From NCBI RefSeq assembly GCF_006345805.1, contig NW_021824499.1, forward strand, positions 1-18,367: a stretch of DNA of 18,367 nt, in the 5' to 3' direction. The notes below the pieces were generated by a model that saw nothing but the letters and a program-made list of their open reading frames with translations, was not told the DNA's origin and made no database searches. Origin of the DNA: Octopus sinensis (Eukaryota). The position numbers were made by a program, and so were the translations under genes. The first letter of the stretch is position 1. Each line of letters starts with the position of its first letter. This document shows, one piece after another, positions 10,011 through 18,367 of this stretch.

Positions 10011-10718
10011 GGTGGCGAGCTGGTCGACTCGTTAGAAAGCCGGGCAAAATGATTACCGGCATTTCGTCCGTCTTTACGTTTCGAGTTCAAATTCTGTCGT
10101 GGTTGACTTTGCCTTTCATCCTTTCGGGGTCGATAAATTAAGTACCAGTTACGCACTGGGGTCAATGTAATCGACTTAATCCGTTTGTTTGTCCTTGTTT
10201 GTCCCTTCTGTGTTTAGCCCCTTGTGGGTAGTAAAGAAATATATATGTATATATATATAGTAAGGTGGCGAACTGGTAGACTAGTTAGAAAGCCGGACAA
10301 AATGATTACCGGCATTTCGTCCGTCTTTACGTTTCGAGTTCAAATTCTGCTGTGGTTGACTTTGCCTTTCATCCTTTCGGGGTCGATAAATTAAGTACCA
10401 GCTACGCACTGGGGTCAATGTAATCGACTTAATCCGTTTGTTTGTCCCCTCTGTATTTAGCTCCTTGCGGGTAGTAAAGAAATATATATATATATTGTAA
10501 TGTGGTCAGCTGGTAGACTCGTTAGAAAGCCGGGCAAAATGATTACCGGCATTTCGTCCGTCTTTACGTTTTGAGTTCAAATTCTACTGTTGTTGACTTT
10601 GCCTTTCATCCTTTCGGGATTGGTAAAATGAGTACTGGTTGTGCACTAGGGTCGATGTAATTGACTTACTCCCTCCCCAGCCGAACTTGCTGGTCTTGTG
10701 TCAAAATTTGAAATCAAT
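10011..10718 (+). mobile_element. Tandem trimer of SINE family A
   Basis: Units start at 10011, 10264 and 10501, each preceded by (TA)n..GTAA, and share private head variants. Confidence 0.92.
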
Positions 10719-11434
10719 ACTGGCCTGAAGAGCAGTTCGCGGTTTACCTCTCATTTGGATAATTACTACTTCCGAGGTTCCGCTAGCTATGAAACATATA
10801 GAGCCTAATTTTGGATTTATAAATTACAATTTAGAAGAGAAAGGCTTGAGGATTCACAGTATAAAAATTCTACGAGTGTTGAACATTTAAATCTAACCTA
10901 CCTGAAAATACGAAGCTTCATCACAGGATGTCATCAGCTGAAATAAACTTTTACGCCACATTTTTCTCCAGTTTGTGAGAAGCTTGTTTTAAGAAACAGG
11001 AACTAACAGCTATTTTCATGCGCCTTTAATAAATAATAAATGCATTCTAACAAAGTTCATCGTTAATGTACGGAAATTCGAAACGAGTTCAAAAGTCGTT
11101 TAATTTCATTTCGAGCACAATTGTTAGTTTAAAATATAGAATATTCCAATAGAATATTCAAATATCTATTTAAATAAACAATGACAAAACTTTCGTCATC
11201 TCACCTTTGTTACTGTTGAAAAATATATAAAAAAAGAAGTTTACTTTTCATTGATCTTTAAACTTCATATATCTTAATAAATTGGTATTATTTTCAAATA
11301 ACTCTCTCAATGACTCAACAAAAAATATACTGTGAGCAAGCATAGTCATGTTTCAAGAGTGTTGATTGATGAACGTCTAAGCAGTTGGACTTCCATTCAA
11401 CATTTGTTTTGGAGCTATACCGAAATACAACATA

Positions 11435-11620
11435 TCCATTATACAAAATCCGTTCTCTCTGTCTGTGTGTGCGTCTTCCAGGATCTCGGGCATCCTCCAT
11501 CCGATTGCGCTCAAATTTGATATGTATATACCGACGGTACCAGGGCGTGTATAAGTCTTGAAAAAATTACAAAAATCGATTCCAGGTGAGAATGCGATCG
11601 GTAAAGCCGTTTTTGTCCTG
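11435..11620 (+). mobile_element. Helitron-like 5' fragment
   Basis: A|TCCATTATACAAAAT start, CT/GT microsatellite, then CCGATTGCGCTCAAATTTG; same layout as the 7708 Helitron. No 3' hairpin or CTAG found, so the end is uncertain. Confidence 0.5.
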
Positions 11621-11869
11621 CTTTTCTTCCGTCAACCTGTACATAACTGCACCTTCCATTTTTTGTTGTTTTTGTACTGCTTGAAGGCACGTTTCTTTCC
11701 TGCCAAGCTTACTATTTAAACCATGTTTGTGTTCTCCCAGTCAACAGCCTTATCATTACTGGTACTTTAAACTCTTCGGTTGCATATTTGTGTGAATAAA
11801 ATCGTTTTTCTTTGGAATAGAAAAAATCTATTTTATCTCTTTTGCTGGTGTCTCAAATTTAGGTTAAAT

Positions 11870-11929
11870 CAGTGTTTCTCAAAGGGGAGGCCTATGGGAC
11901 GGTCGGACAAGTTGTTTTGAGAATATTTG
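11870..11929. mobile_element. Tiny decayed hAT-like remnant
   Basis: CAGTGTTTCTCAAA versus TTTGAGAATATTTG (10/14 inverted match); 8-bp flanks GGTTAAAT/GTTTAAAT (7/8). Confidence 0.35.
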
Positions 11930-12003
11930 GTTTAAATGTTTGGCAACTCAGCACCGTCCATTGGACAGGGGGCGTTTTGCTCGTAATACATATAACAGGT
12001 AAA

Positions 12004-12166
12004 GGCAGCGAGCTGGCAGAAACGTTAGCACGCCGGGCGAAATGCTTAGCAGTATTTCGTCTGCCACTACGTTCTGAGTTCAAATTCCGCCGAGGTCGAC
12101 TTTGCCTTTCATCCTTTCGGTATCGATAAATTAAGTACCAGTTACGCACTGAGGTCGATATAATCC
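12004..12166 (+). mobile_element. SINE family A copy, 3'-truncated
   Basis: Near-consensus head and central domain, ending at GGTCGATATAATCC. Confidence 0.9.
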
Positions 12167-12454
12167 AATGTATTCTTTCCTATTTTAAAAATGGTAAGGC
12201 ATGAATGACTTGAAAAAAATTTGGCTACTATTTTTAGCAGGTCGATTGACCTGCATATATGTTCCTTCATTTGTTTGACATTGCATAAGTTGTAGTTGTT
12301 GCTTAACTCCAGGACAGCTTTGATTAAGTAGATGTGTCGAAATTGTGATGATATTTGCTCGACAACTGATGAAGGGTTGAACTTGTCTGCGTCCGTTTAT
12401 TTTTCTTTCTGTTTCTCCGTATTTGTCTTTATCATCACCCTTTGCCACATTTTT

Positions 12455-12532
12455 ATGTATGTATGTATGTATGTATGTATGTATGTATGCGTATACACAC
12501 ACGCGCGCACAACTCTCTCTCTCACACACACA
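12455..12532. repeat. (TATG)n/(CA)/(CT) microsatellite
   Basis: Directly visible. Confidence 0.9.
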
Positions 12533-12534
12533 TA

Positions 12535-12788
12535 AGTGAAGGAACGTGGGTTAGGGAATTCGGTTCATGATCGTAAGGTCGTGAGTTCAATTCCCGACGA
12601 CGCTTTGTGTCCTTCAGCTAGACACTTTACTTTACATTGCTCTACTCCACTCAGCTGGCAAAAATGAGAGTCACACTGTATCTTCCTGAGAACTACGTTA
12701 ATGGTACACGTGCCTGTTGAGTGCTCAGCCACTTGCACGTTAATTTCACGAGCAGACTGTTCCATCGATCGGAACCGACTGAATACCA
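12535..12788 (+). mobile_element. tRNA-derived CORE-like SINE, family C (diverged)
   Basis: B-box GAGTTCAATTCC, then CORE-like TTGTGTCCTTCAGCTAGACACTTTACTT...CTCAGCTGGCAAAAATGAG. Single copy in the window and no TSD seen. Confidence 0.65.
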
Positions 12789-12793
12789 GTTAA

Positions 12794-12879
12794 ATATACA
12801 TATATATGTGTGTGTGTGAAATATATATTATGTATGTACGTATCTGTCTGTCTGTCTGTCTCTTTCTCTCTCTCTCCTC

Positions 12880-12910
<31 letters not shown>

Positions 12911-12928
12911 CTCTATATATATATATAG

Positions 12929-12974
<46 letters not shown>

Positions 12975-12975
12975 T
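12794..12975. repeat. Compound (TA)/(TG)/(CTGT)/(CT)/(TA) microsatellite
   Basis: Directly visible. Confidence 0.92.
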
Positions 12976-13140
12976 ACTCAAGGAATTCCAACTCTGTTGT
13001 TTATGTTTTATTTACATTCTTATAATATTAATATCGGATAGAGAATATACAGTATAAGGAGGACAGAATGAAATGAAGTATTGATTGTCTTATTGAAAAC
13101 ATGAAATATTGAAAATTGAATATTAAATGTCTATTCTCAT

Positions 13141-13183
13141 TGAACTAGTATACCTTCTTGCATTTAAGCATTCATCAGGTTCA
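13141..13183 (-). ncRNA. Degenerate minimal type-I hammerhead ribozyme
   Basis: Minus strand reads tgaac-CTGATGA-atgc-ttaaat-gcaa-GAAG-gtatac-TA-gttca: perfect 5-bp stem I, palindromic stem III, GAAA>GAAG. Confidence 0.65.
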
Positions 13184-13207
13184 GGTTGTGTGACAGGAAC
13201 GCTTCGA

Positions 13208-13210
<3 letters not shown>

Positions 13211-13247
<37 letters not shown>

Positions 13248-13295
13248 TATATAATATATATATAATATATAATATATATATATATATATATATAC
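13211..13295. repeat. (TA)n microsatellite
   Basis: Directly visible. Confidence 0.95.
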
Positions 13296-13347
13296 ATAAA
13301 TTAAAATAAGCAGCTAAGCGCAATATAAAACCAAAATAAAAAAATTA

Positions 13348-13682
13348 AATCGTCATTAATTGTGATTGAGGGTGCTGGATGGATAGCACCTATATTGCTA
13401 GAAATATGAGTTAAGACCCTTAAAGTTGCATACTCGCACATTTTTATACACTGACGTGGGAGTCTACCCCATGCTCGGATCCGAGCAATGGCATAGACAC
13501 TACTGAGGAGTCTGCAACTAAGAGACGAAACTAGTCCAGTGGTTTTCCATCTTTGTTCATGGGGTGGTTATCTCCCCCGTCAGTGTATATAAATGTGCGT
13601 GTATGTAACTTTGAGGGTCTTAACTCTTATTTCTAGCTATATAAGTGCTACTCAGTACCGTCAGTCACAATTAATGATGATT
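13348..13682 (+). repeat. Long imperfect inverted repeat (~125-bp arms, 13348-13473 / 13558-13682) enclosing a hammerhead motif; retrozyme-like element
   Basis: Arms align by eye with ~11 substitutions and two small indel regions; flanked by direct repeat ATTAAATC (13344-13351, 13680-13687). Confidence 0.9.
13498..13541 (+). ncRNA. Minimal type-I hammerhead ribozyme with intact catalytic core
   Basis: cact-a-CTGAGGA-gtct-gcaactaag-agac-GAAA-ctag-TC^-c-agtg. All core nucleotides are present, with G10.1-C11.1, a GUC triplet (cut after 13536) and palindromic CTAG stem III. One A-C mismatch at the base of stem I. Confidence 0.8.
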
Positions 13683-13685
13683 AAA

Positions 13686-13727
<42 letters not shown>

Positions 13728-13733
13728 TCACAC
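13686..13733. repeat. (CT)/(CA)n microsatellite
   Basis: Directly visible. Confidence 0.92.
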
Positions 13734-13953
13734 TTATCATAACTACCAGTAGAGAACCACCCGGAGGACAATGCTTCTACTAGCTCTTTTTTCCCCCCTC
13801 CCTTTTTTATCTTAGAAAGCTATCTCCGCCCGATAGCAGTGAACAGGGATGCGGTCCGGTGGCTGAGAACGCCCGAGATTTCACTGTCACAAGCTCGGCC
13901 GTAAACCTGCCAGAAAGCGGCCGATACTTTGACAGTTTCGATATTCTGTAGAC

Positions 13954-14162
13954 CAGTGGTTCCCAAACTTTTTAGAGTCGCGACCCACTATTTATCACAC
14001 CAGTTTATGACGACCCACTTAACTCTACTGAGTAAGTCTTGAACTATTTCGATAGACAGCAGTTAATCAAAGCTAATGCGTAATTTTATAACTTTTTGCG
14101 ACCCACTAAGATTCCGTTCGCGACCCATCTGTGGGTCGCAACTCATAGTTTGGGAACCACTG
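13954..14162. mobile_element. hAT (Charlie-like) MITE, 209 bp
   Basis: Perfect 16-bp TIR CAGTGGTTCCCAAACT, perfect 8-bp TSD CTGTAGAC (13946-13953, 14163-14170), repeated CGACCCA subterminal motifs. Confidence 0.95.
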
Positions 14163-14198
14163 CTGTAGACTGTGTAATGCAGTATTTGATGAGTTTTG

Positions 14199-14431
14199 AA
14201 GGCGGCGAGCTGGCAGAAACGTTAGCACGCTGGGCGAAATGCGTAGCCATATTTCGTCTGCCGTTACGTTCTGAGTTCAAATTCCGCCGAGGTCGACTTT
14301 GCCTTTCATCCTTTCGGGGTCGATTAAATAAGTACCAGTTACGCACTGGGGTCGATATAATCGACTTCATCCGTTTGTCTGTACTTGTTTGTCCCCTCTG
14401 TGTTTAGCCCCTTGTGGGTAGTAAAGAAATA
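14199..14431 (+). mobile_element. SINE family A (full length)
   Basis: Near-consensus copy; 15-bp TSD AGTATTTGATGAGTT at 14181-14195 and 14432-14446. Confidence 0.93.
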
Positions 14432-14716
14432 AGTATTTGATGAGTTAGATTTCTCACTACTTTCCGTGTAGATTATGGCATAGAGGTAGAAAGTGTGGTG
14501 TGTCTTTACGATTTATATATTTTTTATTATTTCTTTGACTGTCGATGACTGATTTTAAAACAGTGGTTGATAAGTGAGTCTAACGACCGTTAAAGCATGG
14601 CCTGTGTTACTAGAAGTTGTTGTTAGCGGTTCTTTGAGTGGTTGATACAATTAATTATTTAGTGCAGTGTTTTTCTGCTTATTTCGTGTTCTACGTTGAT
14701 TGCAAATATTTGCCAA

Positions 14717-15135
14717 TTTTCGGTTTGAACGGCAGTTTTTTCTAATGGTGTCATATGAAATTGTCACCCATAATTATGACCCTAATATCGATCTATTGCA
14801 TTTCAATCTGTTTTAGGGTTAGGTTTAGGGTTAGGGGTGGGGGGAAGGGTATCTTTTTTCTTCAGAAATGTAAATAAACCCAATCTGTTTCTTAAACCAG
14901 GGACATATTCATACGGCACAGAATGCTTTTACCTCAATAGACGTCATTGATTGGTTGAAATTGCAGAAATTGAAGAAAAAAACAACAACAAATATCTTAC
15001 AAACTATAGAATTTTCTCAATAAAGCCAAGAGAAAAAGATGTTTTATAAACACATTCTACCAGTATACGAAGCTTAAAAGTGTTTAGTTACGTGGAAATT
15101 ATTTTAAAAAACTGCCGGTCAAACCGAAAAGATCC
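14717..15135. mobile_element. Unclassified TIR element (MITE-like) carrying telomere-like TTAGGG repeats
   Basis: 25-bp inverted repeats TTTTCGGTTTGA(A/C)CGGCAGTTTTTT (14717-14741; 15106-15130); internal TTAGGG-TTAGGT-TTAGGG-TTAGGG at 14813-14836. Confidence 0.8.
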
Positions 15136-15348
15136 TGCCAGTTTTCTTTTTTCTTTGTTTTTATAATCTCGTTATTTCATTAACGAAGCAAAGAGAAAAT
15201 AGTGTTATGTAAAGAAAATAGTGTTTGTAAAGAGGGAACGAGGTAGCAAGTTACATACAATAATGAGGAGGAAGAAAAATGGGCCGGAGAGAGAGACAAT
15301 CCGGAAGGTATACAATATTTAATAGATAATAGTAGATCCGCATTCTTT

Positions 15349-15780
15349 TTTACTTTACTCTTTACTCTTTTACTTGTTTCAGTCATTTGACTGCGGCCAT
15401 GCGGGAGCACCGCCTTTAGTCGAGCAAATCGACCCCGGGGACTTATTCTTTGTAAGACCAGTACTTATTCTTATCGTCTCTTTTGCCGAACCGCTAAGTG
15501 ACGGGACATAAACCCACCAGCATCGGTTGTCAAGCGATGTTGGGGTGACAACACAGACACACAAACACGTACACACACCACACACACACCACACACACAC
15601 CCATATATAATACATATATAATACATATATACGACAGGCTTCTTTCAGTTTCCGTCTACCAAATCCACTCACAAGGCATGGTCGGCCCGGGGCTATAGCA
15701 GAAGACACTTGCCCAAGATGCCACGCAGTGGACTGACCCGGAACCATGTGGTTGGTAAGCAAGCTACTTACCACACAGCC
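15349..15780 (-). mobile_element. SINE family B (full length, minus strand)
   Basis: Homologous to 9215-9636. Tail TTTACTC repeats at 15349-15373, internal (CA)/(TA) tract, head ...GGCTGTGTGGTAAGTAGCTTGCTTACCAACCACATGGTTCCGGGTCAGTCC on the minus strand. Confidence 0.9.
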
Positions 15781-16206
15781 AAACCAAATAAAATTTTAAA
15801 AAATAAATAAAAAGAAATTAGTTTATACGCGGTCTACAACTTCCATGTGAAATGTTTTTGAACAGCACAGAAATAGCTGTTAGTCTTTGAAATCTAAATA
15901 TTTATAAGATACTTTTAGTACTTGAAGGGACTTTCGAAAACGATCGAAGGATTTCAAAGAACTATCGGCTGTAATATTGTAACATATTCAAACTCTGTGT
16001 AGAATGAAGTTTCACAGAATGAACTTGTTTTTGGTGATGATATTTAGAAATAAGCTAATTTCTAGAATTCAACAAGTTAAGAAGAGATATTATGAAGAAT
16101 TTTTTACAGGTATACAAGCACCAGGATCCAAATACCGATTCTCCAGAATCGGTTTGGCGAATTCGACTTCTGACCACAATATCTTAAAGTTTGCACTACT
16201 TTCATA

Positions 16207-16719
16207 CTGTAAATCCTCGAGTATAATCCGCATTTTGCCCACCAAAATTTAAAGGTCAAAATCCCTAGTGCGTACTATATACGAGGTTAAAACTGAAAAT
16301 TATTTTCTAAGCAATGTTCGAGTCTCTATTTGCTGTCTGGCTATGTTTATCCAGACATATTTTGTGATGTAGGGCGCGAAAATACCTTAAGCTAAGCCTG
16401 AAAGCAATGAAGTCACAAAAGGATCATCCATAACTTACAATAAGCAACATTTATGAAACGTTATTACTGTTATTTCTTTATTTTCTGCCAACAAAATGCA
16501 CAAAAAAGCTACACGTTTGCATTATGTTATATATACAATAATAATAAAGGACGTTATCGTATACATTTTTACAGACCAAGGACGTTATATAGACCTCCTT
16601 GACTCAAGTTAGAGAAAGGGTGCATATTATACACAAGGTTTAGGTTTTTCAGAGGTACAGCCCCTTAAAAATCCCCTGCGTATTATACTCAAGGGCGGAC
16701 TATACTCGAGGATTTACGG
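16207..16719. mobile_element. Tc1/mariner-superfamily (pogo/Tc2-like) MITE, 513 bp
   Basis: 25-bp TIRs C(T/C)GTAAATCCTCGAGTATA(A/G)TCCGC, TA duplication at 16205-16206 and 16720-16721, internal subterminal copies of the GCG-ACTATAC-CGAGG motif. Confidence 0.9.
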
Positions 16720-17248
16720 TACTTTGAAAGATGACTTGTGTTTTTCTCCAAGTTCCTAAAAAAATGTGTGCGGTGTAGACCCACACTGAAAAGGAGGTTT
16801 TGTTTTGCCCAAAATAAGAACGCTCAATGTTGTGTGCCAACTCCCTCTTAGTGCAGAGTATCAACTCCTTGCCGAGATATTTGCATTTAAGTGGACACGA
16901 GGTGATTTTGGTACAATTACATTGGGATGTTCCTGTAATTCCTTCTCTCGATTCAAGGAATTAGATCCTCAGCTGTAGCTTACTTTTAGTGAGTTACTGT
17001 TAAATATTTTGTAATATCTGTGGTCAATTGAAAAGTATCTTCATATAAGAAGGTTTTGGCAATATTGGATACAGCATTCTAGATGTTATATCTGAGATGT
17101 TATATCTTATTGGATATTATAAGACTAAAGCTGCCGTTGATTAGCTCCAAGAGGCCATCGCCCCTTGCTAGCTATATGACACACGAACCTGTGTCCATTA
17201 TAAACTTCGAACAGGGGAGGTCAGCCGCTTCCTCTTGCTGGTCAGACA

Positions 17249-17291
17249 TCTGCAGACATGTTTCAGGGTATTTGCCCTTTATCAATGCAGA
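17249..17291 (-). ncRNA. Degenerate minimal type-I hammerhead ribozyme
   Basis: Minus strand reads tctgca-TTGATAA-aggg-caaata-ccct-GAAA-catg-TC-tgcaga. Stems I (6 bp) and II (4 bp) are perfect, stem III CATG is palindromic, and the core has two substitutions (CTGATGA>TTGATAA). Confidence 0.7.
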
Positions 17292-17761
17292 GTAGCCTGG
17301 CAAGATGTGTTGTATTTTCTCTTGGAAACTATTCTCGCTTAAAGCAGTGATGCATGGTTAAAGACATCTTCACTTGACGAAATCCTAGAAATGTGACGAC
17401 TAATGTTATATACTAAATTTTTCAAGATTATGGGAGGGTGACTTGAAGACCTGGTAACATAAAACAATTTTCATTTATTTATATATTTATATATTTGGCT
17501 TCCTATAAGAACAACGTTTATCTGTATTTAGTTTTAACATAACATTTAAAACATTAACTGCATTGATGTTGATACTAATGGTCGTTATAAAAAACGCTTT
17601 ATATATACAGTAACAAGGTCTTCATACATACATATATATACATACATCGCTTTAACGGCGGAACTCTAAAAGTAAAGTAGTGTTACCATTATGCCAAAGC
17701 AATCCTTCGAATTTTTTCTATTTACGTACATACATACATACATACATACATACATACATAC

Positions 17762-17941
17762 AGGTACTACTTAAGAAGAGTGGTCCCGGTGCGCGCACTC
17801 GCGTACTCGCGCATCCGTGCTTGCTAGTCATGACTAGTCGATCCTTACCTTGTGTTTTTGTGTTTTATTTACTTTGCTAGGTAGTCGGATGCGCGAGTAC
17901 GCGAGTGCGCGCACCGGGACCACTGTTCTTAAGTTGTACCT
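17762..17941. mobile_element. GC-rich foldback/MITE (56-bp arms) inserted in a (CATA)n microsatellite
   Basis: 17762-17817 is the reverse complement of 17886-17941 with 2 mismatches; (CATA)n continues on both sides. Confidence 0.85.
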
Positions 17942-17991
17942 ACATACATACATACATACATGCATGTATCCATGCCAGCCATACATTACAC

Positions 17992-18025
17992 GTGTGTGTG
18001 TGTGTGTGTGTGTTGTGTGTGTGTC
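17992..18025. repeat. (TG)n microsatellite
   Basis: Directly visible. Confidence 0.9.
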
Positions 18026-18367
18026 CGTGCGTGCTTTGCTGAACTGTTGAAAAATGCCTGCTCCTTATTAGAAGAGTTTGAGGCGTTTATATGTTGGCCT
18101 GTTTGTGTTTGTGCTCTGTTATGGTACATCCGATTCGTGTAAGAAAGACAAGAAGGAAGAGAGATTAACCCAGTTCTACGAAGCATGAAGACATTTTCAT
18201 GGTAAAGGCGTGAATGTATTTCTGTGAGCATAAGCAAACGAACGGGCACCAGTGATGGCAATTTTGTCTGCTGTTATTTCTATAGACTGAGTGGGAGGAG
18301 TATGAAATGTATTATAACTAAGCTACTGTTCAGCAGTTGTATTTTGATTGCCTGGTGGTGGGTGCAG

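Noticed and set aside
10011-10718. Regularly spaced repeats as a CRISPR-like array
   Set aside because: Units are ~240-bp SINEs without unique spacers; eukaryotic context, no cas genes.
10905-10945. Minus-strand CTGATGA-CATC-CTGT-GATG-AAG motif, and CTGAAGA near 10725
   Set aside because: No stem I complement and no correctly placed GAAA; likely chance.

Overview
AT-rich, repeat-dense eukaryotic non-genic DNA. I see no credible host protein-coding exon. From memory the tRNA-derived SINE families match those of Octopus (coleoid cephalopod) genomes; this is not database-verified. The window is a mosaic of mobile DNA: a 5'-truncated RTE-type LINE with a 9-bp TSD and an internal 200-bp duplication; many copies of a 'GGCGGCGAGCTGGCAGAAACG' SINE (including a dimer and a trimer); three other SINE families; an internally deleted mariner; a complete non-autonomous Helitron; hAT, Tc1/mariner-type and unclassified MITEs; and many microsatellites. 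The most unusual signal is five minimal type-I hammerhead-ribozyme motifs. One has an intact catalytic core and sits in the loop of a ~340-nt rod-like inverted repeat whose substitutions favour G-U pairs on the ribozyme strand (retrozyme/viroid-like candidate, 13344-13687). Two others bracket a decayed Penelope-like GIY-YIG endonuclease fragment (4408-4666).
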